A stretch of DNA of 64,000 nucleotides. It comes from an uncultured Spirochaetota bacterium (GTDB lineage Bacteria > Spirochaetota > Spirochaetia > SZUA-6 > Fen-1364). Of the stretch, positions 9,402-18,202 are shown in pieces. The position numbers and the translations under genes were made by a program. Positions within the stretch are counted from its first letter, which is position 1, and each line of letters opens with the position of its first letter. The notes below the pieces were generated by a model. The model was not told the origin of the DNA. It did no database searches and saw nothing but the letters and a program-made list of their open reading frames with translations. The stretch spans positions 128,001-192,000 of the forward strand of contig CAWJSK010000019.1 in assembly GCA_963845535.1 (NCBI GenBank), in the 5' to 3' direction.

Positions 9402-11492
9402 ATGAGCGACCCTGCCTGGTTCGAGGCGCTCAACCCTGAGCAGAGGGAGGCGGTTGTCCACCGGGGCGGCCCTCTCCTCATCCTGGCCGGGGCCGGCTCG
9501 GGAAAGACCCGGGTCATCACCACGAAGATCGCCTATCTCGTGAGCTGCCTCGGCGTGAATCCGCGTTCCATCCTCGCGGTCACCTTCACCAACAAGGCTG
9601 CCCAGGAAATGAAAAGCCGCGTGCTCGGAATGGTTCCCCGGGCCGAGGAAGTGATGGTGCGGACGTTCCATTCGTTCGGGGCCTGGTTCCTCCGGGTGAA
9701 CGCGGCGCTGGCCGGGTTGAGCCCGCACTTCCACATTTACGACGAGGATGACTCCCTGTCCCTGCTCAAGGGATGCCTGGAGAATGCTCCGGACAAAGGG
9801 GCTCTTCGCCAGACGTACAACCAGATAAGCCGGGCAAAGGACTTCGCCCTGAGCGCCACAGCTCCGCCTGAGGAGATACGGCGTCATGGCTGTGATCCCC
9901 AACAGTACCAGAGCTATGAGACGGCGCTTCGAAAGACGGGCAACGTTGATTTCGGGGACCTCATCCTGCTTCCCATCGTCCTTCTGCGCGAGCACCCTGA
10001 GGTTCGAGAGCGCACGCGCCAGAGGTTCCAGGTCGTCCTTGTGGACGAGTACCAGGACTCCAACATCGCCCAGTTCCAGCTCCTGAAGGAGCTCTGGCGG
10101 CCGGAGACGTATCTGTGCGTGGTCGGCGACGATGACCAGTCCATCTATCGCTTCCGCGGGGCGGAGGTCGGCAACATCCTCTCGTTTCCCGAGGTCTTTC
10201 CCGGCACCACCATCGTCCGCCTGGAAAGGAACTACCGCTCGACGCAGCCCATCCTGGACATCGCTTCGGCGGTTGTCAGCAACAACACGGGCAGGCTCGG
10301 CAAGACGCTCTGGACGGAGAAGAGCGAGGGGGAGCGGCCCGTCGTGTATTGCCTGGAAGACCAGGAGGAAGAGGCGGAGCTGTGCTCCCGGATCGTCACC
10401 GATGGGTTCCCCGGTGACACGGCAATCCTCTACCGCATGAACGCGCAGTCCCTGCATTTCGAGCGGCTGTTCCGTGAGAAGCGCATCCCGTTCCGCTTGA
10501 TCGGCACCACGGGCTTCTATTCCCGGGAGGAGGTCAAGGACGCGGTTGCCTACCTTTCGCTCCTTGCAAACCCGAATGACGAAGTGCGTTTCCGCAGGGT
10601 TGTGAACAAGCCGGGCCGGGGAATCGGGGAAGCAAGCGCTGAGAAGATCGTTGCGGAGTGGCGCTCCGGCGTCGGCACCCTCATGGAGGCGTCCCGTCGG
10701 ATGGCGGGCAGGCTCCCCCCGCGCACGCGGGCCGGACTGTTCGACCTTCTGACCCTCATTGAAGAGCTGGGGGCCGCGCTGACGGACACCCCGCTCGCGG
10801 AGCTGGCGCGGGTCCTGGTCTCCCGAACGGGGCTGTACGAGCTGTACAAGAGCAGGGACCGCTCCGACGGCACGAGCCGCTCGGAGAACCTTGAGGAGCT
10901 TGTGAGCGACCTGGCCTCCTACGGCACGGGGCCGCAGGAGCTCGTACGCTACCTGGAGGACGTGGCGCTGGCCAGCCCGGGGGATGAGAAGGCGCAGGGG
11001 GATGCTGAGGCAAAGGTGAGCCTGATCACCATCCACAACACCAAGGGCCTGGAGTTCGACAGGGTGATCATCACCGGCCTGGAGGAGCAGATATTCCCGC
11101 ACTCATCGAGTGACTGGGGAGAGCCCGAGGAGCTCGAAGAGGAAAGGCGCCTGTTCTACGTGGGGATCACCCGCGCGCGGGAAAAGCTCGTCATGACGTG
11201 GTGCAGGCGCAGGCGGATCTTCGGCAGATACTCGGACATGGCGCCCTCACGGTTCCTGGATGAGATCCCCGAAGGCGCCGCTGAGCGGTTGGGGGAGGAG
11301 GAGGAAGAGGAGGCCGCGGATGACTACCCCGTCGGATCCGGCGTCTACCATGACGAATATGGCCCCGGCGTCGTGGAAAGGAAATGGTATACTGACGGCA
11401 CCCTTCTCGTGCAGGTCAGGTTCGAATCCGGAAGGGTCGCGAAGTTCCTGCCGAAATACACGCGGCTGGAGCGGATAAGCCTCGGTGAATAG
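9402..11492 (+). CDS. pcrA: ATP-dependent DNA helicase UvrD/PcrA
   Basis: LAGAGSGKT, VDEYQD, GDDDQSIYRFRGA, NYRS, KGLEF, EERRLFYVGITRA; C-terminal Tudor-like domain. Confidence 0.93.
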   Translation: MSDPAWFEALNPEQREAVVHRGGPLLILAGAGSGKTRVITTKIAYLVSCLGVNPRSILAVTFTNKAAQEMKSRVLGMVPRAEEVMVRTFHSFGAWFLRVNAALAGLSPHFHIYDEDDSLSLLKGCLENAPDKGALRQTYNQISRAKDFALSATAPPEEIRRHGCDPQQYQSYETALRKTGNVDFGDLILLPIVLLREHPEVRERTRQRFQVVLVDEYQDSNIAQFQLLKELWRPETYLCVVGDDDQSIYRFRGAEVGNILSFPEVFPGTTIVRLERNYRSTQPILDIASAVVSNNTGRLGKTLWTEKSEGERPVVYCLEDQEEEAELCSRIVTDGFPGDTAILYRMNAQSLHFERLFREKRIPFRLIGTTGFYSREEVKDAVAYLSLLANPNDEVRFRRVVNKPGRGIGEASAEKIVAEWRSGVGTLMEASRRMAGRLPPRTRAGLFDLLTLIEELGAALTDTPLAELARVLVSRTGLYELYKSRDRSDGTSRSENLEELVSDLASYGTGPQELVRYLEDVALASPGDEKAQGDAEAKVSLITIHNTKGLEFDRVIITGLEEQIFPHSSSDWGEPEELEEERRLFYVGITRAREKLVMTWCRRRRIFGRYSDMAPSRFLDEIPEGAAERLGEEEEEEAADDYPVGSGVYHDEYGPGVVERKWYTDGTLLVQVRFESGRVAKFLPKYTRLERISLGE

Positions 11493-11514
11493 GATGACAA
11501 CGGGGAGAAGAGGG

Positions 11515-12291
11515 ATGAAGGACGTTCAGGGAGGCCCGGACTACAGGAACACGCCCATCCAGAAGGTGGGAATCCGCCACATCCGCTACCCCATCACTGT
11601 CCGGGACAAGAACAGGGAAAAGCAGGACACGGTGGCCAACCTCACGCTGTCGGTGAACCTCCCGCACAACTACCGCGGCACGCACATGAGCAGGCTCATC
11701 GAGGTGCTGGACCGGTTCAAGAGCGAAGTGAGCTATCATACCCTTGACGTCATTCTGCTGGAGATCAAGAAGGCGCTGAACGCCGAGGAGTCTCACATCG
11801 AGATCGCCTTCCCGTTTTTTCAGCGCACGCGGGCCCCCGTTTCCGGATTGGAATCCACGATGTCCTACGACTGCCTCATCTCGGCCTCCTATGCGCGGCG
11901 CCTGGAGATTGCCACCCGGGTGGAGGTCCCGGTTCACACCCTTTGCCCGTGCTCCCGCGAGATATCGCGCGTGTCCGCGCACAACCAGAGGGGCACGGTC
12001 TCCATCACGGTGGGGATGACGAAGTTCATCTGGATCGAGGACCTGATCGAGATCGCGGAGACTTCCGCCTCCAGCCCGGTCTACACGCTCCTCAAGCGAG
12101 AGGACGAAAAGTACATCACCGAGCACGCATATGAGAACCCGCGGTTCGTCGAAGACGTGGTGCGCGAAGTTGCGCTACGCCTGGACCCGCTCCCCGGTTT
12201 GCGCTACTACTCCGTGGAGGTGGAAAACTTCGAATCAATCCACACCCACAACGCGTATGCGGTCATAGCCAAGAGCTTCGATGGTAACTAG
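11515..12291 (+). CDS. folE2: GTP cyclohydrolase IB
   Basis: MKDVQ, GTHMSR, LCPCS, AHNQR, NPRFVED, ESIH. Confidence 0.93.
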   Translation: MKDVQGGPDYRNTPIQKVGIRHIRYPITVRDKNREKQDTVANLTLSVNLPHNYRGTHMSRLIEVLDRFKSEVSYHTLDVILLEIKKALNAEESHIEIAFPFFQRTRAPVSGLESTMSYDCLISASYARRLEIATRVEVPVHTLCPCSREISRVSAHNQRGTVSITVGMTKFIWIEDLIEIAETSASSPVYTLLKREDEKYITEHAYENPRFVEDVVREVALRLDPLPGLRYYSVEVENFESIHTHNAYAVIAKSFDGN

Positions 12292-13123
12292 CCGAGGCGC
12301 CGCGGTGGTCCCCATCATCAGGCGCGCCCGCGGGTTTCGGCTCTACGACCAGCACGGCAGGCGGTATCTCGACCTCTACCGGGACGGGGGAGGAGCGTTG
12401 CTGGGGCATCGAAGCGGCGTGACGGTCACGCTGATGAAGTCCGTGCTTTCCCAGGGCCTTGCGAGCTCCGCGCCGTCCGTCTGGGAGGCGCGCCTGGTTC
12501 GGATGATCGCTTCAATGTTCTCTGACCGTCACACCGTGAGGCTCTATTCCTCCCGGCCGAATGCGCTGGAGGCGGTTTCACGCTCTCTCGGGATGCGCGT
12601 GGATGGGTCTGACGTGCATGATCCCGCCCTCCCGGCCGATTTGCCGGGACGTCCTCGCGCCTCCTTGTGGCGCCCTTTCCTGCCGGAAGCGGAGCAGGGA
12701 ATTGCTGACAGCGCGATCATTCTTCCCGTCCTTCCGCTCTCCGTCTGCGAAGCGCCCGCCCCGGTGTGCTTTCCCGGTCTTCCCGCACCCGAGCCGCCTC
12801 CTTCCGACCCCCTCCCCGGGTTTCTCCTTGCCGGCGCTTTTTCGGCCCTTTCGCGGCTTCGAAGCGGGCGCCTCGGCGACTCCTTCGCGGCAAACCCGGT
12901 GGTCGAGAAAGCCGTGGATGCTTCATCCGCATGGAGGCGCCGGGGCCCGTACGTGCGCGCCAATTTCCGCGCTGAGGAATACCCGGGGGTCTTTGCCGAG
13001 TTTCTTGGAGCGGGCGTTCTTCTTTCACCGAAGTATCCTGGACCAAGCATTCTCCCCGGGGAGTGCTCCCCGGGAGAGGCGCGGCTCCTGGCCGAGCTTT
13101 TCACCAGAATCCCCGGAGGTTGA
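12281..13123 (+). CDS. Hypothetical protein with a class-III aminotransferase-like N-terminus
   Basis: RRARGFRLYDQHGRRYLDLY...ALLGH; no recognisable PLP-lysine motif. Confidence 0.65.
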   Translation: MVTSRGAAVVPIIRRARGFRLYDQHGRRYLDLYRDGGGALLGHRSGVTVTLMKSVLSQGLASSAPSVWEARLVRMIASMFSDRHTVRLYSSRPNALEAVSRSLGMRVDGSDVHDPALPADLPGRPRASLWRPFLPEAEQGIADSAIILPVLPLSVCEAPAPVCFPGLPAPEPPPSDPLPGFLLAGAFSALSRLRSGRLGDSFAANPVVEKAVDASSAWRRRGPYVRANFRAEEYPGVFAEFLGAGVLLSPKYPGPSILPGECSPGEARLLAELFTRIPGG

Positions 13124-13125
13124 TC

Positions 13126-13425
13126 ATGGACATCGCCGCGTTCACCGTTGATGCATCTCACCTGTTGTTCGGCGCTTTCGCCACCTTCTGCGCCATTCTC
13201 CTCTGGTCTCGCACGCGGGAGATCGCGTGGACCTTCCTCATCATGGCGGTCATCATTTCCTATGCGGACATCGTGATGGCCACGCTCAGGAGCTACGGCA
13301 TCCTGGGGCCGGAGCCCCAGATCGCGCACGGCATCCCGATTGTACGGGTCCTGCTGGCGGATCTTCCGTTCCTTTTCTCCGGGATCGGCTTCGTCATTGC
13401 CTTTTCGCGGGGAAGGACGCGCTGA
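13126..13425 (+). CDS. Small membrane protein (about 3 TM)
   Basis: Hydrophobic 99-aa ORF with GGAGG SD, packed in the operon. Confidence 0.7.
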   Translation: MDIAAFTVDASHLLFGAFATFCAILLWSRTREIAWTFLIMAVIISYADIVMATLRSYGILGPEPQIAHGIPIVRVLLADLPFLFSGIGFVIAFSRGRTR

Positions 13426-13427
13426 GC

Positions 13428-14900
13428 ATGGCAACGGTGCACGTCATCCCGGCGAGGGATGACCAGAACATGGAGCAGAAGCTCGCCACGCTTCTCCTTG
13501 CCGCGGTGGAGGACAAGCCTGACCTCATCATCTCCGTTTTTGCGGGCACCCCGGCTTTCGGCGCATACAGGCTGCTCGTCGAACGCGCCCGTTCGGAGCT
13601 GGTGGATTTTTCCCGTGTGAGATTCGTGGTCTTCGACGAGCTGGCGCGGCCGTCCGCGCCCTTTCGGGCCGTCCTGCAGGAGCGGCTGTTCGGCCCGCTG
13701 TCCGTCCCCCCGGAGAACGTCATTGCCTTCACCCCGAGCCACAACCATGCGGATGAGACCGCCCGCATTGCGAGCTGGCTCGCCGTGGCCGGCATCGACA
13801 TCGCGCTTCTCTCGGTGGACTCCCGCGGGCACATCGGTTTTCACGTGACAGGGTCGGACCTCGAGTCCACGGCGGGGCTCATCGCCGTTCCCAACAAGGA
13901 GCGCTGGGGCGCGGAGAAGGCCTTCTCACTCGGCCTGGCGGACCTTCGGCGCGCTGCACGGATCCTTCTGTTCGCGGCGGGGCGCAACCTTGCGGAGATC
14001 GTGCGGAGGCTCATGGAGGGCAGCTTCGATCCCTCCCTTCCCATCTCGGTCCTCCAGCGACATGAGAACGTGACCTTGATTGCGGACAGGGGCGCGCTCT
14101 CCGGCATCGAGCGCAAAGAGCGCATCAGCGGGTTCCACTCCGGGCTCTTCATCATGGACGCGCAGACCGTCCCTTCCCAGCGCAGGGCCCTCATCATCTC
14201 TCCGCACCCCGATGACGCTCCCATCAGCCTCGGCGGGACCATGGCCATGCTCAGCCCTCGGTGCAGGGTCGTCACCGCGGTCATGACAACGGGGCATCGA
14301 TCCTTCATCTATGGCACGCAGAGGAGCGAGAGGATCACGATCCGCGAAGGAGAAGTGGTCAAGGAGTCGCGCATCCTGGGGGCGGAGCCGCGCTTCCTGC
14401 GGCTTCCTTTCTATGACAGCAACTACGAGGTGTCCGAGCGCGACATCGCCGCCCTCGGCGCCCTGGTGTCGGAGCTCGACCCTGACTGGGTGTTCATGCC
14501 GCACACGCGGGATTCCCACCCGGCGCACATCGCGAGCCGCCGCGTCGCGGTGGAAGCGCTGCGCCGTTTCCTGGCCGGGACGTCGAAGACCATCGAGGTG
14601 TGGAACTTCGAGGGTCCCTGGGCCCTTTTCAACCGAGGAGATTTCAACACCATCGTCACCGTGCCGCGCCTGCCGTTCGAGCGCAAGCTGCAGGCCATCC
14701 GCGCTCACGAGTCGCAGGTTGCGCGCACGCCGTACGACGTGGCGGCGGAGTCGCTGGGGCGCCTGCGCGCCGCGCTCGTGCCGGAGTCGGAGCTGGCGGG
14801 GTTCGGCGCGAGCCCTCCGCGGCTGGACTCGTGGCTGGAGCTCTTCCAGCGGGAGGTCATGCGCGGCGAGGCCGTCACGGAAGCTCCGCCCGGGGAGTAA
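13428..14900 (+). CDS. Fusion of a NagB/6PGL-like sugar-phosphate domain and a PIG-L family deacetylase
   Basis: N-terminal VDFSRVRFVVFDE, GHIGF, PISVLQRHENV; C-terminal SPHPDD, HPAH, AHESQV. Confidence 0.85.
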   Translation: MATVHVIPARDDQNMEQKLATLLLAAVEDKPDLIISVFAGTPAFGAYRLLVERARSELVDFSRVRFVVFDELARPSAPFRAVLQERLFGPLSVPPENVIAFTPSHNHADETARIASWLAVAGIDIALLSVDSRGHIGFHVTGSDLESTAGLIAVPNKERWGAEKAFSLGLADLRRAARILLFAAGRNLAEIVRRLMEGSFDPSLPISVLQRHENVTLIADRGALSGIERKERISGFHSGLFIMDAQTVPSQRRALIISPHPDDAPISLGGTMAMLSPRCRVVTAVMTTGHRSFIYGTQRSERITIREGEVVKESRILGAEPRFLRLPFYDSNYEVSERDIAALGALVSELDPDWVFMPHTRDSHPAHIASRRVAVEALRRFLAGTSKTIEVWNFEGPWALFNRGDFNTIVTVPRLPFERKLQAIRAHESQVARTPYDVAAESLGRLRAALVPESELAGFGASPPRLDSWLELFQREVMRGEAVTEAPPGE

Positions 14901-14984
14901 AGCGCCCACGGCCGCGGCGCGGCACATTCGGGCCCGCGGCGGCGGCCGGGCGCGCTCGCGCCGGCGGTTTGCGCGGGCGGTTCC

Positions 14985-15014
14985 TTGACAAGCTTCATAT
15001 TACGACTGTAATAT
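14985..15014 (+). promoter_or_regulatory. Promoter overlapped by a palindromic TetR-type operator
   Basis: TTGACA(14985-14990)...TAATAT(15009-15014); perfect inverted repeat ATATTAC-gact-GTAATAT at 14997-15014. Confidence 0.7.
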
Positions 15015-15024
15015 TGCGGCTGCA

Positions 15025-15637
15025 ATGCGGAGAAGGATGCGCCGGGGAAAGGACCCGGGGAGAGATACGGCCGCGCGCAAGGAGCATTCTCACGAGAGGA
15101 TTCGGGCCGCTGCCGCCCGACTGCTTCGTCGTGACGGCCTTCGAGGCGCCAGCGTCCGCAAGGTCATGGCGGCAGCCGGCCTGACGGGGGGAGGGTTCTA
15201 CGCCCACTTCCGGTCGAAGGACACGCTTTTTGCCGACGCGTTCTCCTGCGCCATCCGCGACAAGCGCAAGCGCCTGGCGGGAACCCTCGGTGACGCGCGA
15301 GGACCTTCGTACATCGATCGGTTTCTCCGGGCATACCTGACGGCTGAGCATCGTGACAACCTGCAGGACAGTTGTCCGTACGCGGCGCTCCTGTCGGAGC
15401 TTCCGCGCGCGGGCAGGACCGTGCGTTCTCGAGTGCGGGAGGATTTCGCCGCCGGGGTGAAGGCGTTCGCGGACCGCCTGGACGGGAGCCGAGCCGGAGG
15501 AGTCCCGGCACAAGGCCATGCTGGCCTTGTGCCTCTCCTTCGGGGCGCTCGCGATGTCCAGGACGCTTGGCGGCTACCCGGAAGCGGACGAGCTGCTGCG
15601 GGTCGCGTCTGCTGCGTCGAAGTATTGGAGGATGTGA
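15025..15637 (+). CDS. TetR/AcrR family regulator (apparent +1 frameshift near 15485)
   Basis: HTH VRKVMAAAGLTGGGFYAHFRSKD; the shifted frame gives a typical C-terminus AMLALCLSFGALAMSRTLG...ELLR ending in TGA 15635-15637, overlapping the fabF ATG. Confidence 0.85.
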
Positions 15638-16899
15638 TGAAGAAGCGTGTCGTAGTCACCGGGATGGGAGTCGTGTCTCCGCTTGGCGTCGGGTACGACC
15701 TCATGTGGCAGAGGCTCATGGAAGGGAAGTCGGGAATCCGCGCCATTGACCGCTTCCCGGCCTCCGAGCTTGCGTCCCGTGTCGCGGGCTTGGTGCCCTA
15801 CGGTTCCGGACCGGGGGAGCTGGATTTCGAGAACGGTTTCGCCCCTCGTGAAACAAAGCGCAATGACCCGTTCATCCTGTACGCGAAGAAGGCGACGGCG
15901 GAGGCGCTTGCTGATGCCGGCTATGCTCCCGAAGACCCCCGGGAAAAGGAACGAGTGGGAGTCATCGTCGGAACGGGGATCGGAGGCTTTTCGACCCTTG
16001 CGCAAGGGGCGCTGGATTTCTCAGCCCGCGGTGACGCGGGGATTTCCGCGTATTTCATCACCGCGCAGCTCGCCAACCTCGCAAGCGGACAGATTGCGGT
16101 CACCTACGGATTCGGGGGTCCAAACTTCTCCGTCATGAGCGCCTGCGCTACAGGCGCCGAAGCAATAGCATCTGGCGTCCGCGCCATCCTGCTGGGCGAG
16201 GCTGACGTGGTTGTTGCCGGCGGGAGCGACGCCGCGGTCCATCCCCTGACGATAACCGGCTTCGCGAAAGCTCATGCTCTGAGCACGCACTTCAACGACT
16301 GTCCGCAGCGCGCGTCGCGTCCCTTCGACGCGGCGCGCGACGGCTTTGTGATGGCCGAAGGGGCCGGCGTGCTGATCCTGGAAAGCTACGAGCATGCCGC
16401 CGCGCGCGGGGCGCGCATCCATGCCGAGCTTGCGGGCTACGCTTCGGTGAGCGACGCGTATCACATCACGGCCACCCACCCCGAGGGGCTGGGGGAGCAG
16501 CGGGCGCTGCGCCTGTCCCTGGAGCGGGCGGAGATCCCGCCGGACGCAGTTGACTACCTCAACGCGCATGCCACGGGCACGCAGATCGGGGACGCCGGTG
16601 AGCTGCACGCCATCCGGGCCGTGTTCGGAAAGGACGCCCGGCTGGCCATCTCTTCCACCAAGGGGGCCATGGGCCACACCTTCGGAGCCGCCGGGGCAAT
16701 CGAGGCCATCGTCTCCATCCTCTCCATCATGCACCAGATGTGCCCGCCCACGCTGAATCTGGAGAAGCCAGACGCGGAGTTCGCGGGGCTTGATCTCGTG
16801 CGGGGAAAGCCTGAGGAGCGCCCCGTTCGCGTTGCCGTTTCCAACTCTTTCGGCTTCGGGAGCACAAAGGTGGCCCTTGCTTTCTCCCGGGTGTCGTGA
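15637..16899 (+). CDS. fabF: 3-oxoacyl-ACP synthase II
   Basis: MKKRVVVTGMG, SACATG, NAHATGT, GHTFGAAG, NSFGFG; own SD GGAGG. Confidence 0.92.
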   Translation: MKKRVVVTGMGVVSPLGVGYDLMWQRLMEGKSGIRAIDRFPASELASRVAGLVPYGSGPGELDFENGFAPRETKRNDPFILYAKKATAEALADAGYAPEDPREKERVGVIVGTGIGGFSTLAQGALDFSARGDAGISAYFITAQLANLASGQIAVTYGFGGPNFSVMSACATGAEAIASGVRAILLGEADVVVAGGSDAAVHPLTITGFAKAHALSTHFNDCPQRASRPFDAARDGFVMAEGAGVLILESYEHAAARGARIHAELAGYASVSDAYHITATHPEGLGEQRALRLSLERAEIPPDAVDYLNAHATGTQIGDAGELHAIRAVFGKDARLAISSTKGAMGHTFGAAGAIEAIVSILSIMHQMCPPTLNLEKPDAEFAGLDLVRGKPEERPVRVAVSNSFGFGSTKVALAFSRVS

Positions 16900-16903
16900 G
16901 ACG

Positions 16904-16930
16904 AAAAAGGCCCGGGAGACCGGGCCTTCT
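16904..16930. terminator. Intrinsic terminator between convergent fabF and ferredoxin genes
   Basis: AAGGCCCGG-GAGA-CCGGGCCTT hairpin; A5 run gives a U tail on the - strand. Confidence 0.75.
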
Positions 16931-16949
16931 CATGATCGATTCAGGGATC

Positions 16950-17135
16950 CTACTCGACAATGATCGCTTCGGCAGGGCAGTCCGTGGCCGCGTCCTTCAC
17001 TGAGTTCTGAAGATTGGCCGGAACCTCCGGGTTGATGACTTCGGCGGCGTCTTTCCCCATCTTGAAGACCTGGGGAACCGCATCCGTGCACAAGCCGCAG
17101 GCGGTGCACAGATCCGGGTCGATTCGTACCTTCAT
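16950..17135 (-). CDS. Single-cluster [4Fe-4S] ferredoxin
   Basis: CTACGLC...DCPAEAI, 61 aa, SD AAGGGAG. Confidence 0.9.
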   Translation of the reverse strand: MKVRIDPDLCTACGLCTDAVPQVFKMGKDAAEVINPEVPANLQNSVKDAATDCPAEAIIVE

Positions 17136-17215
17136 GTGTCGCTCCCTTCGTTGTTGATTTTCCGCCGCGCCGTCCCCCCGAAGGGGAATGCCGTGATGCA
17201 TCGGGCGGGAACACA

Positions 17216-17244
17216 ACAATAGCGGATTTTTACCGTCGACGCAA
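17216..17244 (-). promoter_or_regulatory. sigma70-like promoter of the ferredoxin gene
   Basis: TTGCGT-17-TATTGT on the - strand. Confidence 0.5.
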
Positions 17245-17312
17245 GCTGCGCGAGCATTCGCGCTGCATTCGTGCAGGTATTCGTTGCGCAGGTATTCGAG
17301 GACTGTTCGTCC

Positions 17313-17340
17313 TTGACACCTCTCGGGATTTCGCTATTCT
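17313..17340 (+). promoter_or_regulatory. sigma70-like promoter
   Basis: TTGACA-16-TATTCT. Confidence 0.55.
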
Positions 17341-17375
17341 TTGCACAGAAAACAAGATAGAACCGGAGGCATTAC

Positions 17376-17633
17376 ATGATCGCTTTGAGCATTGGCATTC
17401 TCCTCATCCTCTTTGCAGTCTATTCGGTACTTCCGGTCTCCTGGGGCCTTCAGTGGTGGACCGAGGTGATCCAGTTCCTCAAGGGCGGCGTGCCCATCCT
17501 CGCGGTTTTTGTGGGTCTTATAGCGTTCTTCGTCGGGATTGCGGACATCAAGGACAAGAGGGAGGCCAGGAAGGAAGAGGAGGAGGAAAAAGCCGAAAAG
17601 AAGGAAGACAAGAAGGCCGAAGAGAAGAAGTGA
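17376..17633 (+). CDS. Small 2-TM membrane protein with a charged tail
   Basis: GGAGG SD; hydrophobic segments followed by ADIKDKREARKEEEEE. Confidence 0.8.
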   Translation: MIALSIGILLILFAVYSVLPVSWGLQWWTEVIQFLKGGVPILAVFVGLIAFFVGIADIKDKREARKEEEEEKAEKKEDKKAEEKK

Positions 17634-17668
17634 AGCCCTTGACATTCCTCGACCAATGTGGCAATTTT

Positions 17669-17708
17669 CCCTTCCTGCGGCCCCCAAGCCGCATTTTTCA
17701 CGGAAGGG
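17669..17708 (+). promoter_or_regulatory. Structured rplM leader (candidate L13-type autoregulatory leader or terminator)
   Basis: Outer stem CCCTTCC/GGAAGGG encloses TGCGGC-CCCCAA-GCCGCA followed by TTTTT. Confidence 0.45.
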
Positions 17709-17718
17709 TTGAGCACAG

Positions 17719-18150
17719 ATGAAAACGATATTCTTGAAGCCTGACGAGGTAGAGCGCAAATGGTACCTCATCGACGCTGAGGGCAAGGTGCTCGGGAGGC
17801 TGGCCTCCCGCGTGGTGGGAATCCTTCGGGGCAAGAACAAGCCCTCGTTTTCCCCGCACTGGGACCTCGGCGACTCGGTGATCATCATCAACGCCGGCAA
17901 GATCCGCGTCACGGGACGCAAGCCTGCGCAGAAGCTGTATTACCGGCACTCGGGCTATCCGGGTGGTTTCCGCGCCGAGCCTTATGAAAAGGTCATAGCG
18001 CGCAAGCCCGCATGGCCGCTCGAGAAGGCAATCCAGGGCATGCTCCCCAAGGGAGCGCTGGGAAGAAAGATATTCAAGCACCTGAAGGTCTACGCGGGGT
18101 CAGAACATCCCCACGTGTCGCAGAAGCCCATCAAGCTGGAGATCAGCTGA
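17719..18150 (+). CDS. rplM: 50S ribosomal protein L13
   Basis: RKWYLIDAEGKVLGRLAS, YYRHSGYPGG, GMLPKG. Confidence 0.97.
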   Translation: MKTIFLKPDEVERKWYLIDAEGKVLGRLASRVVGILRGKNKPSFSPHWDLGDSVIIINAGKIRVTGRKPAQKLYYRHSGYPGGFRAEPYEKVIARKPAWPLEKAIQGMLPKGALGRKIFKHLKVYAGSEHPHVSQKPIKLEIS

Positions 18151-18202
18151 AACCGTTCGTGAATGGCCGCGGCGCAAACGGCGGCCCAGTGAGGAGAATG
18201 CC

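Noticed and set aside
15025..16899. 624-aa TetR-FabF fusion in the ORF track
   Set aside because: The natural TetR C-terminus and stop lie in the +1 frame, and fabF has its own SD and a TGATG-coupled start; a single extra G explains the fusion
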